Translations under genes and position numbers: made by a program
Shown here: in pieces, positions 18,733 through 29,175 of the stretch
How the letters are laid out: every line of letters starts with the position of its first letter
Position numbering within the stretch: position 1 is the first letter of the stretch
The notes under the pieces: generated by a model
Database searches by the model: none
What the model saw: the letters and a program-made list of their open reading frames with translations, nothing else
Told to the model about the DNA's origin: nothing
DNA from: Opitutaceae bacterium
GTDB lineage: Bacteria > Verrucomicrobiota > Verrucomicrobiia > Opitutales > Opitutaceae
NCBI GenBank assembly: GCA_028284385.1
Contig: JANQRT010000005.1
Location: 15,660 to 79,659 of the forward strand
Direction: 5' to 3'
DNA: 64,000 bases

Positions 18733-19200
18733 TTATCCGTTTCTCTCCTCTTTTAGCTTTTCTAGAATCCGAGCGCAGCCATCCTCCAGCAGGTCTAGAA
18801 CGTATTCAAATCCCTGGGCTCCGCCATAGTAGGGGTCTGGCACTTCTTCGACGTCGTGTTTCGAACAATAGTCGCAAAACAGTTCGCAATTGCCGTCGGG
18901 ATTCATCCATTTCAGCTCTTGCATGTTATCCTTGTCCATGGCCAGGATGAGATCGAATTGCTCAAAATCGCTGGGAAGGACCTTTCGAGCGCTTCCTGTC
19001 ATGGGAAGTCCCCTACGGCGACCTGCCTGAGTCATGCGTGGATCAGGCGATTGACCATGATGCAATCCGAGGGTCCCTGCCGAGTCGCATCGGATCTGAT
19101 GGTCGAGCCCGGCCTCCTTCAGCATTTCCCGCATGACGTTTTCAGCCGCTGGCGAGCGGCAGATGTTCCCCATACAGACGAATAAAATCGATTCAGTCAT
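18733..19200 (-). CDS. low-molecular-weight protein-tyrosine phosphatase
   Basis: Active-site CX5R(S) motif CMGNICRSP near the N-terminus, with the DP loop later. Start set at the second Met (MTESILFV), which is preceded by GAAAGG. Confidence 0.85.
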   Translation of the reverse strand: MTESILFVCMGNICRSPAAENVMREMLKEAGLDHQIRCDSAGTLGLHHGQSPDPRMTQAGRRRGLPMTGSARKVLPSDFEQFDLILAMDKDNMQELKWMNPDGNCELFCDYCSKHDVEEVPDPYYGGAQGFEYVLDLLEDGCARILEKLKEERNG

Positions 19201-19334
19201 TGGCCTTTCACGTGGCATGCTTGCATTGCCTTAGACTAAAGCGCTTGCAGCTAAGGGCTTGGCAACAAGAAAGCGCAAGCTGTCGGTTTTTAACCATTGC
19301 CGTTTGGCGAAACTCCCGCTAGCGTTTCATTATA

Positions 19335-19667
19335 ATGATAGACACAATAAAGAAAGCTATACTAGCTGGCGTTGGAGCCGCTGCAGTGACTACCGAAAAG
19401 GCTGAAAAGGTGCTTAGCGAGCTGGTCGAGAAGGGAAAACTATCGGCTGGCGAAGCGAAGGAAGCTGCCAGGAAAATCGCCGACGAAGGAAAAGAGGAGT
19501 TCGAAGCCGCTTCCTCTTCGCTGCAGGCCAAATTCGACGAAGTTCTAGCGAAAATCGGGAAAGGACAGAAAGAACGTATCGACGCGTTGGAGACACAAGT
19601 CTCGGAACTTCAGGCTCGACTTGAAAAGATCGAAGAAGCCTCGGCCCAACCCAGCTCAACTGAATAA
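19335..19667 (+). CDS. phasin-like small coiled-coil protein
   Basis: 110-aa Ala/Glu/Lys-rich helical protein (MIDTIKKAILAGVGAAAVTTEKAEKV...) immediately upstream of an ABC1/UbiB kinase gene. Confidence 0.55.
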   Translation: MIDTIKKAILAGVGAAAVTTEKAEKVLSELVEKGKLSAGEAKEAARKIADEGKEEFEAASSSLQAKFDEVLAKIGKGQKERIDALETQVSELQARLEKIEEASAQPSSTE

Positions 19668-19765
19668 ATGCTGTTCTAGCGAGTCGCTAGATCGCATTGA
19701 AGAATCGGATACTTCCGTGATTCCGAAATCGTTGTCCGTATCCGTTTTCCTAATCTATTTTAACT

Positions 19766-21427
19766 ATGGCCATTAAACCGATCGAGTTCATATCCAACGC
19801 GGTCAGGGCGAAGGAAATCGTAGCGGTGCTAGCCCGCAACGGCTTCGCAGACCTGCTGCAGAAACTCGATCTACCTCCCCGGATTCTGAGCGCATTTGGA
19901 ACGAGCGCCATGGTCAAGCGAAGCCAGTGGGAGAGGGTGAGGCTTGTGCTCGAAGAGTTGGGACCCACCTTTATCAAGATTGGCCAATTGCTCAGCACTC
20001 GACCTGACGTTGTTCCCGAAGCGCTCATTGACGAGCTGCGGAAATTGCAGGAAACGGTTCCTCCAGTTCCTTTCTCCGAGGTGCAGTCGATTATCGAAGA
20101 AGGGCTCGAGCGGCCTGTTTCCGAAGTGTTTGCGTCATTCGAAGAAGAAGCTGCAGCTGGAGCTTCCATGGCCCAAGTGCATTTCGCTTCTTTGGTCGGA
20201 ACGGGCGAGCGGGTTGCCGTAAAGGTTCAACGGCCGGGTCTGGAAAAGACTATCGATGCCGACTTCGATATTCTTATATGGTTCGCTCGTCAGGCCCATG
20301 AGCGTTTGGAGAATTTAAGACCCTATGATTTGCCGGGAGTGGTTCAGACATTGCGCGAAGGGCTTGAAAGAGAGTTGGACTTCCGTCGCGAGGCGAGAAG
20401 CATCCAGTTCTTTTCTCTGCAGAATTCCTTCCCGGAGGACATCTGTGCCCCGAAAGTCTATGAAGACCTTTCTTCGCGTCGCGTTCTGGTGATGGAACGT
20501 ATTGATGGACATCGGTTGACCGAAATCGATCCCGGCTCTGAATTGGCCAAGCGAATCGCTCGCGTCGGTTCTCGTTCGCTTTTTCACCAGATTCTCATCA
20601 ATGGGTTCTTTCACGCTGATCCTCATGCAGGAAATCTGCGGTTGCTCGAAGGCAAAAAGCTCTGTCTGCTCGATTGGGGACTTACGGGACAGCTTACACG
20701 CCGCATGCGGTTCGGCATGGTTGACTTGTTCTTGTCATTCATTCGTGGAGACGCCGAGCAAGTTGCTCGCACGGCGATTGGGCTTGCGGATTCCGGGAAT
20801 GCGGTGGACCACCGAACGCTGGAGCGACAAATCATGTTTTCCATTCGAGAGCACTACGATCCAGCCACAGGACAGGGGGATGTTGGAAAGGCGGTTCTCC
20901 AGCTGCTCTACATTTTCGGGCGCAACGGCATTGATTTGGCTCGCGACTATTCTCTCGTAGCGAAATCGATTCTTTGCGTGGAGGAAACGAGCAAGGCATT
21001 GGATCCTGAATACAATTTGAAAAGCGAATTCGAGCCTGTCCTCTTGGATTTGATACGCGAGCGGCGTAGTCCCTGGCGGATGGTGCGAGATGCTCGCGAA
21101 CGTCTCATGCAGGGCCTGGATTACGTTCAAAATCTGCCCGACGAGCTGCACCGCATCCTTAAGAAAATCGAGAAAGACAGTCTAAAGCTGAATCTCCAGC
21201 ATCGAGGATTGGAGGACTTGGATCATACCATAAGCGAGGCGAGCAACAAGATCACCTTAGGCATCATCCTTGGCTGCCTGATTATGGGTTCCTCGCTGAT
21301 TATAACCACGAAGATCCCTCCCTTGCTGTTTGGCTACCCTATTTTCGGCCTGATCGGTTTCGTGCTATCGATGGCGCTTGGGGTGTGGGTAGCTATCGAT
21401 ATTCTTCGCGGCGGGAAAGGCCGCTAG
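19766..21427 (+). CDS. ABC1/UbiB family atypical kinase
   Basis: 553 aa with ABC1 motifs (ASMAQVH, KVQRPG, HADPHAGN) and two C-terminal TM segments. Confidence 0.85.
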   Translation: MAIKPIEFISNAVRAKEIVAVLARNGFADLLQKLDLPPRILSAFGTSAMVKRSQWERVRLVLEELGPTFIKIGQLLSTRPDVVPEALIDELRKLQETVPPVPFSEVQSIIEEGLERPVSEVFASFEEEAAAGASMAQVHFASLVGTGERVAVKVQRPGLEKTIDADFDILIWFARQAHERLENLRPYDLPGVVQTLREGLERELDFRREARSIQFFSLQNSFPEDICAPKVYEDLSSRRVLVMERIDGHRLTEIDPGSELAKRIARVGSRSLFHQILINGFFHADPHAGNLRLLEGKKLCLLDWGLTGQLTRRMRFGMVDLFLSFIRGDAEQVARTAIGLADSGNAVDHRTLERQIMFSIREHYDPATGQGDVGKAVLQLLYIFGRNGIDLARDYSLVAKSILCVEETSKALDPEYNLKSEFEPVLLDLIRERRSPWRMVRDARERLMQGLDYVQNLPDELHRILKKIEKDSLKLNLQHRGLEDLDHTISEASNKITLGIILGCLIMGSSLIITTKIPPLLFGYPIFGLIGFVLSMALGVWVAIDILRGGKGR

Positions 21428-21455
21428 TCATTCCCAGAACATCAAGATCACGAGC

Positions 21456-22151
21456 CTAGCGGCCGCCATTCATATAATAGTTCAACCTAGCTACTAGCGG
21501 GTTGGCTTCACGCGGCATCTCGAACCAGTCGCTTAGGATGATTTCAGGTGTACTATAATCCGTCTGGTAGAAAAACTTAGTCGATTTGTTGTCGGGCGAT
21601 ATCCAGCCAGCTTTCACAGCGACGCCGGCGTATAATCCTTTGGCTGTAGTGTAGACCAGTATGTTTGCTTTGTTGTAATCGCTTCCGCTCGCTTCCGAAA
21701 CTACCCCGGCAGGACCGGCTACTGCCGAGGCGTCAGCTCCCAGATCGAAGCGACCGGTGTAAGCTTTGCGTAGCGTACTGTCGTCCATGATGACGTAAAT
21801 CGTATCCAATTCCTTAACACCTGCCTGCAATCCGAAATTAGCTCCTCCGGTTTTCATGAAGGCGGGAACGGTCCATTGCCCTGTGATAGGATTTTTCGCG
21901 ATCAGCACTCCATTGCCACCGTGTCCCCCTACTAGAAAGCTTCCTCGATAACTCACGGTTAGGATGATTCCTTTCGCGTCTTGCAGGACTGTGGCGGGAA
22001 TCGCGGTGTCAGACCTGGCCATGATTTCTTCGAGAGCGTACTCTCCATGGACGATGCGGAGAGCCAGCTTTTCGCGCTTTGGTTTTGCTTCGAGGGCAAA
22101 GGTGAAAAGCAAGGCGAAGGCGAAAATGGAAAACCGAATGGCGCGAGTCAT
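21456..22151 (-). CDS. SYLF (Ysc84-like, DUF500) lipid-binding domain protein, secreted
   Basis: Contains GSFLVGGHGGNGVLIAK...GGANFGLQAG. Start set at MTRAIRFSIFAFALLF, which gives a signal peptide. The 70-aa extension in the ORF track looks non-coding. Confidence 0.7.
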   Translation of the reverse strand: MTRAIRFSIFAFALLFTFALEAKPKREKLALRIVHGEYALEEIMARSDTAIPATVLQDAKGIILTVSYRGSFLVGGHGGNGVLIAKNPITGQWTVPAFMKTGGANFGLQAGVKELDTIYVIMDDSTLRKAYTGRFDLGADASAVAGPAGVVSEASGSDYNKANILVYTTAKGLYAGVAVKAGWISPDNKSTKFFYQTDYSTPEIILSDWFEMPREANPLVARLNYYMNGGR

Positions 22152-22275
22152 AGTGCTATGGATAAATGAGCTGAGGTGAAGTTCCCTAATTACTTTCAAA
22201 CGGAAAAGCGGAATTATTGGCGAGGGAATATTGAATTTGCAACAGAAGAGCGCGTTTCTCCGATGAAAGCTGTTT

Positions 22276-24144
22276 GTGGCTAAGCTCTTGTGGCGGAGTA
22301 AAAAAGAACGTTGCTCTGACTTTGGTTTGCAAGCCACCATGCTTCGCATGCCCATCTCCAAAATGACTCGCTATAAAAACCTGCGTCGCGGGATGGCGTC
22401 GGTCATGGAGAAAATCGCTCTTAGCCGTCAAAGACGTTTTCATGTTTTGGCCGTTCTGATTGGGTTGTTGAGTGGACTAAGCGCGGTCGCGTTTCATCAA
22501 TCGATCCACTGGGCGGAGCATAACGGCATTCATAGAGTGGCTCAGCTTCCGGGTTGGATCGGTGTTGCCGGATTGATTCTTCTTCCCGCCATAGGGGGAC
22601 TGGTGGTCGGCTTTCTTCTCAAGCATTGGGCTCCGGAAGCGGCTGGTAGTGGTATTCCGCAAACCAAAGCAGCCTATTTTTTGAAGTTCGGTCGCATCCG
22701 TTTTCGGACAGCCCTCAGCAAGTTTATCCTTGGGACCATTTCCATCGGAAGCGGAGCGAGTTTAGGTCGAGAAGGTCCTACGGTTCAGATCTCGGCTGCC
22801 ATCGCTTCTTGGGTCGGCCGCTGGTTTGGCTTAACCTCGAGGCAGATTATGAGTCTGATTCCTCTTGGCTGCGCTGGTGGGATCGCGGCCGCCTTTAACA
22901 CGCCTCTGGCCGCTATCGTGTTCGCCATCGAGGAGATAATGGGCGACCTCAAGCGCAGCGCCTTTGCCGGTATTGTGGTCGTTGCCGTGATCGCGGCGGT
23001 TATCGAGCAATCTCTCCTTGGTTCTAGCGCCATGTTCACGGTTCCGCAGCATCCGGAGGTCCTATCCTTGTGGACGCTGCTCTGGGCTGGAGGGCTCGGA
23101 ATCGTGACTGGGTTTCTATCCCACTTTTTCGTGGAGTCTCTTTTGGTTTTGCGGGAGAGGATGAAATCGATCCGTGGCAGCTATACCTGGATGCTTCCTG
23201 GGTTGGGAGGATTAGGGACTGGCTGCATCGGAGCGTTCGTCTATCTGAGCGTGGGAAAAATTGGAATCTTTGGCATTGGTTATGCAGATCTTTCAGACGC
23301 TCTCTTTGGCAACCTAGGGGTATCCATTCTTCTGTTACTTTTCGTAGGCAAATTTTTGGCTACGACCTTGTCCTATTCGACGGGAGGTTGCGGAGGGATA
23401 TTCGCACCGACTTTATTTATGGGCGCCATGCTCGGTGGTGTTTTGGGCTCTTTGGCGGAAATGGTTAGCGGCAGCGAAGGGCAAATGGCCAGTGTGCTAG
23501 CTCTAGTTGGAATGGGGGCCATGTTTGCTGGAGTTATTCGAGCCCCCGTCACTTCGATACTCATCATTTTCGAGCTTACGCGTAGCTACAGCCTGATCCT
23601 TCCTATCATGCTAGCCAACCTCACTGCCTATGTCATTGCCGGAAAACTACGGCAAGTGCCCATCTACGAAGCTCTTTTACTGCAGGATGGAGTGAATCTT
23701 CGCAAATTTCCGATTCTGCGTCCCAGTATGGGTTGGCAGAATCTCCCTATCAGCTCCATCATGACCAGCGATGTTCGTGTGCTGCGCACCAATCAGCCGC
23801 TCTGGCAAGCCTATGATCAAATCAAAAACGACTCCCATACCATCTATCCGGTAGTTGATGCCAATGAAAAGTATGCAGGGCTCGTTCACCGAAAGGGGGT
23901 CACCGTTGTGAGTCGGAAAGAGCCCGATCGTCTGGTGAGCGAAATTTTCGTCACGACCAAATTTCCAAAAGTGTTTCCCGATATGAAAATCAAGGATGTT
24001 GCCGGACAGTTCGTTAAAACCGATTGGATGACGCTTCCTGTGATTAGTCGACTCGATAGTGACCGTATCCTAGGAGTGGTGACGCTACATGATATCACTC
24101 GTCAGCAGTTTCTGCAAGAGACGCGTGGCGACGAAGCGAGATAG
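22276..24144 (+). CDS. ClC family chloride channel/antiporter with C-terminal CBS pair
   Basis: Selectivity motifs GREGP and GGIFAP, more than 10 TM segments and two C-terminal CBS-like repeats. The true start is probably an internal Met between 22339 and 22393. Confidence 0.85.
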   Translation: MAKLLWRSKKERCSDFGLQATMLRMPISKMTRYKNLRRGMASVMEKIALSRQRRFHVLAVLIGLLSGLSAVAFHQSIHWAEHNGIHRVAQLPGWIGVAGLILLPAIGGLVVGFLLKHWAPEAAGSGIPQTKAAYFLKFGRIRFRTALSKFILGTISIGSGASLGREGPTVQISAAIASWVGRWFGLTSRQIMSLIPLGCAGGIAAAFNTPLAAIVFAIEEIMGDLKRSAFAGIVVVAVIAAVIEQSLLGSSAMFTVPQHPEVLSLWTLLWAGGLGIVTGFLSHFFVESLLVLRERMKSIRGSYTWMLPGLGGLGTGCIGAFVYLSVGKIGIFGIGYADLSDALFGNLGVSILLLLFVGKFLATTLSYSTGGCGGIFAPTLFMGAMLGGVLGSLAEMVSGSEGQMASVLALVGMGAMFAGVIRAPVTSILIIFELTRSYSLILPIMLANLTAYVIAGKLRQVPIYEALLLQDGVNLRKFPILRPSMGWQNLPISSIMTSDVRVLRTNQPLWQAYDQIKNDSHTIYPVVDANEKYAGLVHRKGVTVVSRKEPDRLVSEIFVTTKFPKVFPDMKIKDVAGQFVKTDWMTLPVISRLDSDRILGVVTLHDITRQQFLQETRGDEAR

Positions 24145-24212
24145 AAGCTCTATCAGTGGAGGGTGAGGAGTGATAGTGAAATATGGACTACGATAGTTTA
24201 ATTCACTTTTCA

Positions 24213-25493
24213 CTACTCCTTTATCTGTCCATCGCCTGTTATCTGAAACTTATAAGAACAGAGCTCTCGCAGACCCATAGGTCCACGAGCATGTAGTTTA
24301 TCTGTGGATATGCCGATTTCCGCTCCAAGGCCGAATTCAAACCCATCGGTAAACCGCGTGCTTACATTCCAGTAAACGGTAGCGGCGTCAACGCCGTTGA
24401 GAAACTGTTCCGCCTGCTCTTTGTCCGCGGTGACGATGGCGTCGCTATGGGAGCTGCCATAAGTATTGATGAAAGCCACCGCTTCCTCGAGAGATTCAAC
24501 TACTCGTATTGAAATAATGAGGTCAAGGTACTCTGTGCCCCAGTCCGCTTCAGTCGCTTCCGTGCAGGATATTCCATTCGTTTCCAGGATGGCCTTGCCC
24601 TTCGCGTCTGCTCTCAATTCAACACCTTCTTCGACGAGAGCCTTGGCGATGGCCGGTAGTTGCGTTTCGGCTACCGATTGATGAATGAGAAAATTCTCCG
24701 CCGCATTGCAGACAGCGGGATACTGGCACTTGGCATTGACTACGATGGTCTCTGCCATCTGGGCATCCGCAAACTGATCCACGTAAACCGAGCAGATCCC
24801 ATCGAAGTGCTTGATGACAGGGATCGTGCTGTTTTCGGCCACGAAGCGGATCAGTCCTTCTCCTCCGCGAGGAATGATGCACTGGACGTATTGATCCAGT
24901 TTGAGGAGCGCGTTGAGCGCGCTGCGATCTTTGGTCGGAATGAATTGGGCAGTTTTGGCGGGGAGTCCTGCATCTTCCAAGGCCTGGGTGACCAGCTTAG
25001 CCAAAGCCGTGTTCGTGTGAAAGGCTTCTTTCCCGCCTCGCAGGATGCTGGCGTTGCCAGACTTCAGGCAAAGGATGGCGCAGTCTACCGTCACGTTGGG
25101 GCGCGATTCGTAAATGATGCCAATTACGCCGATAGGTACCCGAACCTTTTCAATGAGAAATCCTTGCGGGTGATCGTAACTTTCGAGCTTTTCGCCGACG
25201 GGATCAGGAAGTTCCGCGACTTGTTTTGCTCCCTCGACCATGTCGGAAATCCTGCGATCGCTCAACTCGAGACGCTTAAGTAGGGCGAAACTAAGACCGC
25301 TTTCTCTTCCCGCCTCCAGATCTTTGGCATTTTCCTCGCGTAAGGATTCGACATTTTCCTCGATCAGCTCGGCCAGACGAAGAATCGCTTTATTCTTCTG
25401 CTCGATCGGGACATTGGCCAGCGTGAGGGACGCTTGTCGGGCGTCACGAGCCATGTCTTCTATGAGCGTGTCGATATCGATGGTTGCTGTCAT
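24213..25493 (-). CDS. proA: glutamate-5-semialdehyde dehydrogenase
   Basis: 426-aa aldehyde-dehydrogenase fold with the catalytic Cys region CNAAENFLIH and a typical ProA length. Confidence 0.92.
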   Translation of the reverse strand: MTATIDIDTLIEDMARDARQASLTLANVPIEQKNKAILRLAELIEENVESLREENAKDLEAGRESGLSFALLKRLELSDRRISDMVEGAKQVAELPDPVGEKLESYDHPQGFLIEKVRVPIGVIGIIYESRPNVTVDCAILCLKSGNASILRGGKEAFHTNTALAKLVTQALEDAGLPAKTAQFIPTKDRSALNALLKLDQYVQCIIPRGGEGLIRFVAENSTIPVIKHFDGICSVYVDQFADAQMAETIVVNAKCQYPAVCNAAENFLIHQSVAETQLPAIAKALVEEGVELRADAKGKAILETNGISCTEATEADWGTEYLDLIISIRVVESLEEAVAFINTYGSSHSDAIVTADKEQAEQFLNGVDAATVYWNVSTRFTDGFEFGLGAEIGISTDKLHARGPMGLRELCSYKFQITGDGQIKE

Positions 25494-25597
25494 TCGAGGT
25501 TTTGGTTGAGTTAGAAGTGTACGCTATACGTCAAGACCTGGCTAAACCAAGCCCCTTTTTCGGATCATGGCAACTTGAAGCCTCTGAGTTTACTCGT

Positions 25598-27088
25598 TCA
25601 GGTATATAGCGGCAAGTATCTATCTTTTAGATACTTGATCAATGCTTTTGACGAAAGCGGCTGCCCAGTGGCTTTCTCTGAAAGTTCCTTTAGATAATAG
25701 GTTTTCCCATGCTGGTGAACATTTTCTCGCAGCCAGTTGAGTAGACGAGAGAAATCTCCTTTTTCGAAGTCGAGTTCCAAGCCTGGAAGCGCATCAAGAG
25801 CCGCATACCAGAGCTGCGCGGCAAGCATGTTCCCCAAGCAGTAGCTTGGGAAATAACCAAAAGCTCCATACGACCAGTGAACGTCTTGCAGCACCCCCTC
25901 TGCGGCGTCTTTCGGTTCGACACCCAGAAGTTCATTGTATTGAGTATTCCAATACTCTGAAAGTTCCGATACCGATAGTTCGCCAGAGAAAAGCTTCTGC
26001 TCGATTTCGAATCGGATGATAATGTGTAAATTGTAGGTTACCTCGTCCGAATCGACGCGTATGGGGGTACGGTCGACTGAGTTTATGGCAAGGTAGAGAT
26101 CGTCCGATGAGACCTCCTTTAACTGGTCATGAAAGGTTTCTCGGAATTTCGGCTCGAAGAAGTTCCAGAAAGACTGGCTGCGTGAAACTTGATTTTCCCA
26201 AAGTCGACTTTGCGACTCGTGAACGCCCATGCCGGCTGCGGAGCCAAGCGCGGTATGAAGTTGGTCTTTGGGGAGGCCCTGTTCGTACATCCCGTGTCCA
26301 GATTCATGTATCGCTCCGAAAAGAGATTCCAGCGGTATGTCTTCTTTGAATCGCGTTGTCATTCGGATATCGGCGCCGTTGCCGCTGCAAAACGGATGAG
26401 GTGAAATATCAATTCTTCCACGGGAATAGTCGAATCCGAGAGCTCTCGTTACTTGCTCGAGAAACTCCTTTTGTTGGGGAATGGGAAAGCCCTTCAGAAT
26501 GTCCGCGTTCGCTTTGACATCCGAATCTAGGATTCTGGATACAAGAGGCGCTAGTTCCTTTTTCAGTTCCGTAAACAGGCAGTCGATCGTTTCGGCATCC
26601 ATTCCCGGATCGTGAAGGTCGATCATCAAGTCGTAGGGTCGGTCTCCCCAGCCGAAATACTCGGCCATTCGTTTCGAGAGTTCCACTTGTTTCGAAATGT
26701 GGGGAGCAAAAGCCTGGAAGTCGCTCGCTTTCCGAGCTGCTACCCAAGCGTGATAGGCTTCGGTCTGAGCTATTGTTTTCTCCTCGAGGAACTCCAAAGG
26801 CAATTTCGTCCTTCGATCGTAAGTGATTCTGAAATCCTTGACCACGACTTGCTGGGCCTCGTCTAGCGAGCTATCGTTTTCCAGATCTACTAGAAGGTCA
26901 TTCAACTCCGGCTCAGTAATAGCCTCCTGCATCAGCCTTGTCATTACGACCTTTTGCTCCTGGCGCTGGTCTACGCTTTTCTCCGGCAAGTTCACTTGTT
27001 CGTCCCAGCCAAGGATGTCGGCGATTGAGCAAACCGTTTGTATATGCTTCAATTTCTCGTCGAGAACAGAGTAAGATTTATTTGGCAT
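25598..27088 (-). CDS. M32 family carboxypeptidase (Taq-like)
   Basis: 496 aa with HESGHGMYEQG (HExxH), DIRMTTR and HPF motifs. Confidence 0.88.
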   Translation of the reverse strand: MPNKSYSVLDEKLKHIQTVCSIADILGWDEQVNLPEKSVDQRQEQKVVMTRLMQEAITEPELNDLLVDLENDSSLDEAQQVVVKDFRITYDRRTKLPLEFLEEKTIAQTEAYHAWVAARKASDFQAFAPHISKQVELSKRMAEYFGWGDRPYDLMIDLHDPGMDAETIDCLFTELKKELAPLVSRILDSDVKANADILKGFPIPQQKEFLEQVTRALGFDYSRGRIDISPHPFCSGNGADIRMTTRFKEDIPLESLFGAIHESGHGMYEQGLPKDQLHTALGSAAGMGVHESQSRLWENQVSRSQSFWNFFEPKFRETFHDQLKEVSSDDLYLAINSVDRTPIRVDSDEVTYNLHIIIRFEIEQKLFSGELSVSELSEYWNTQYNELLGVEPKDAAEGVLQDVHWSYGAFGYFPSYCLGNMLAAQLWYAALDALPGLELDFEKGDFSRLLNWLRENVHQHGKTYYLKELSEKATGQPLSSKALIKYLKDRYLPLYT

Positions 27089-27107
27089 GAAAACTTGCTA
27101 GTTTGAT

Positions 27108-27152
27108 GATTCTAAAAAAGCAACGGCCAGAACACCGCTTCGGCATTCTGGC
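27108..27152 (-). terminator. probable rho-independent terminator of the lipoprotein gene
   Basis: Hairpin GCCAGAA...TTCTGGC (27126-27152) with an inner CCG/CGG helix. On the minus strand it is followed by GTTGCTTTTTTAG. Confidence 0.5.
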
Positions 27153-27185
27153 TCGTTGGAAAAGGAATGTCGGCGGATTTGGGCT

Positions 27186-27710
27186 TTAGAAGCTGGGCAA
27201 CTTGATGTCCGCTTTTTGCACTAGACCCATTATCTCTTTAACCAGGTTTTGGGCCATTTGCAGCTCTTTGCCGTATTGCGTTTTAAAGGATTCGACTTGC
27301 TCAAGCGTTTGGGGGCTGAACTGGGCGACTAGCTTTTCCAGGTGCTTGATGCTTTCCTCAAGCTTGGGCAGCTTCTCTTCGATGACCTTGGCGATATCGC
27401 CCGGCAGCTTGTCTTTGAGTTCGCTCACTTTGGACTCCACTGATGCGAATTGAGTCTTAAGGTCTTCATTGCTTGAAGTGAATTGGGCGACCAGGGCTTT
27501 GGTTTGCTCTTGGAGCTGAGCGCTGAGTTCCTCCTTCACTTTGGACATGCCTTCGTCAACCGACTTATTAACGTCAGCCAGACCCTTGTTCAGGGCGTCT
27601 TGGGTTTCCTTAGCGGTTTCTTCGGCTGTAGGCTCGTTACTTGAAGAGCAGCCGACCGCGATCAGCATAGCCAAGGTTAAACATAGAATTTGAGCGAGTA
27701 ATGATTTCAT
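27186..27710 (-). CDS. helical-repeat lipoprotein (hypothetical)
   Basis: Signal peptide plus lipobox (LIAVGCSS) after MKSLLAQILCL. The rest is apolipoprotein-like amphipathic helices rich in E/K/Q. Confidence 0.6.
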   Translation of the reverse strand: MKSLLAQILCLTLAMLIAVGCSSSNEPTAEETAKETQDALNKGLADVNKSVDEGMSKVKEELSAQLQEQTKALVAQFTSSNEDLKTQFASVESKVSELKDKLPGDIAKVIEEKLPKLEESIKHLEKLVAQFSPQTLEQVESFKTQYGKELQMAQNLVKEIMGLVQKADIKLPSF

Positions 27711-27916
27711 AGATGTGTTCCGTTTATGGTGAATGGGGCAGCCTCGATCTCGGGTTCGATTCAAAAGTTCTCCAATGGAAGCATTCTCAGCCTTGGCTAA
27801 CAGTGTGATGATTCAAGAGAGATAAAGGACGTATCAACCTGGAGCATATTGAGTTGTGTGCAGAGCTTTGCAATACCCAATTCTATTTCAGAAAATAGGT
27901 GATTGCTTTATGGTAT

Positions 27917-29146
27917 TCATTTAATCGTTACAGATTTGCTACAAATCATCGCGGTAGTCCATGCGGACTGGAAATTGAATCCTCCGGTGACCCCGTCGAT
28001 GTCCAGGATCTCGCCGGCGAAATACAATCCAGGTGTAAGCTTGCTCTCCATAGTCTTGAAATTCACTTCCTCGAGAGCAACTCCTCCGCATGTGACGAAT
28101 TCCTCCTTATTCATGCTCTTTCCTGAAACTTGAAGTGTCTTCCTTGTGAGCATTTCACTCAAATCCTGTAGTTGCGCGTTTGTGACATGGGCCCATTGCG
28201 TTCGAAGTCCTATGCCAACTAAATCGATAGCCCTCTCCCATAGTCGCTTGGGCAGGCCAAACGGATTCTCGCTGGATAACAGGCGTTTAGAGGAAAGGCT
28301 TTTCATATTGCTCAGCTGTTCGAGCGATTGGTCTGAGGTTGTCCTTCCCAGCCAGTTAATCTCGATAGAAAATCGGTAGTCGCATTCGTAGAATGTCTTC
28401 GCTCCCCAGGCGGAAAGCTTTAGGATAGCGGGGCCGCTTAAACCGTTATGCGTAATGAGGATGGGCCCCGATTGCTCTTGCTTGGACGGACGATGAGCAG
28501 CTGTTACGGTTGAAACGGAAAGTCCTTGTAAGCCGGATACAAGTGGATCGTCGATGTGAAAAGAGAATAGCGACGGTTGAATAGCGGTTATGGCGTGGCC
28601 TAGGTCAGAAGCGATTTTATAGCCTCCCGACTGCCTCCCCCCTCCTGTTGCTAGAATCAGAAAATCCATTTCGTAACAGGAATTCGTGGATGTTCCTATC
28701 TCAAATTTTCCCGACGGCCCTCTGCTAGCAGATGCAACGCCTTCTTGTAGCTTAACCTGCACGCCTGCTTCGCTGGCGGATCGATTTAGGCAATCGATAA
28801 TGGAAGAAGACTTGTCGGAACAGGGGAAGACACGCCCGTCCTCCTCGATTTTCAAGGGCACTCCTCTCTCCTCGAACCACTCCATCGTGTCCGCTGGCTG
28901 CCAAACGTGGAAAGGGCCTAGCAGCTCTTTGGATCCCCTTGGATAATGATTTACCAGTTCCTTGGGATCGAAGCAGGCGTGTGTCACGTTGCACCTGCCT
29001 CCTCCTGAAATGGCGACTTTGCTCAGCGGCTTTCGCGATTGCTCGAAGAGAAAGACTTCCGCTTCCGGATCCATTTCCGCGCAATTGATGGCGGCGAAGT
29101 ATCCTGCCGCCCCGGCTCCAACAATGCCGATGCGTCTTTCACTCAT
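27917..29146 (-). CDS. HI0933/BaiN family FAD-dependent oxidoreductase
   Basis: 409 aa with the N-terminal dinucleotide motif GIVGAGAAGYFAA and the C-terminal GEILDIDGVTGGFNFQ typical of this family. Confidence 0.85.
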   Translation of the reverse strand: MSERRIGIVGAGAAGYFAAINCAEMDPEAEVFLFEQSRKPLSKVAISGGGRCNVTHACFDPKELVNHYPRGSKELLGPFHVWQPADTMEWFEERGVPLKIEEDGRVFPCSDKSSSIIDCLNRSASEAGVQVKLQEGVASASRGPSGKFEIGTSTNSCYEMDFLILATGGGRQSGGYKIASDLGHAITAIQPSLFSFHIDDPLVSGLQGLSVSTVTAAHRPSKQEQSGPILITHNGLSGPAILKLSAWGAKTFYECDYRFSIEINWLGRTTSDQSLEQLSNMKSLSSKRLLSSENPFGLPKRLWERAIDLVGIGLRTQWAHVTNAQLQDLSEMLTRKTLQVSGKSMNKEEFVTCGGVALEEVNFKTMESKLTPGLYFAGEILDIDGVTGGFNFQSAWTTAMICSKSVTIK

Positions 29147-29175
29147 TCATTGAAGGACTCGAAATAAGATCCTGA

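Noticed and set aside
22152-22361. 70-aa N-terminal extension of the SYLF-domain ORF, and the overlapping start of the ClC ORF
   Set aside because: The extension precedes a clear signal peptide that begins at an internal Met. It would also overlap the divergent ClC gene. It is more likely a divergent promoter region.
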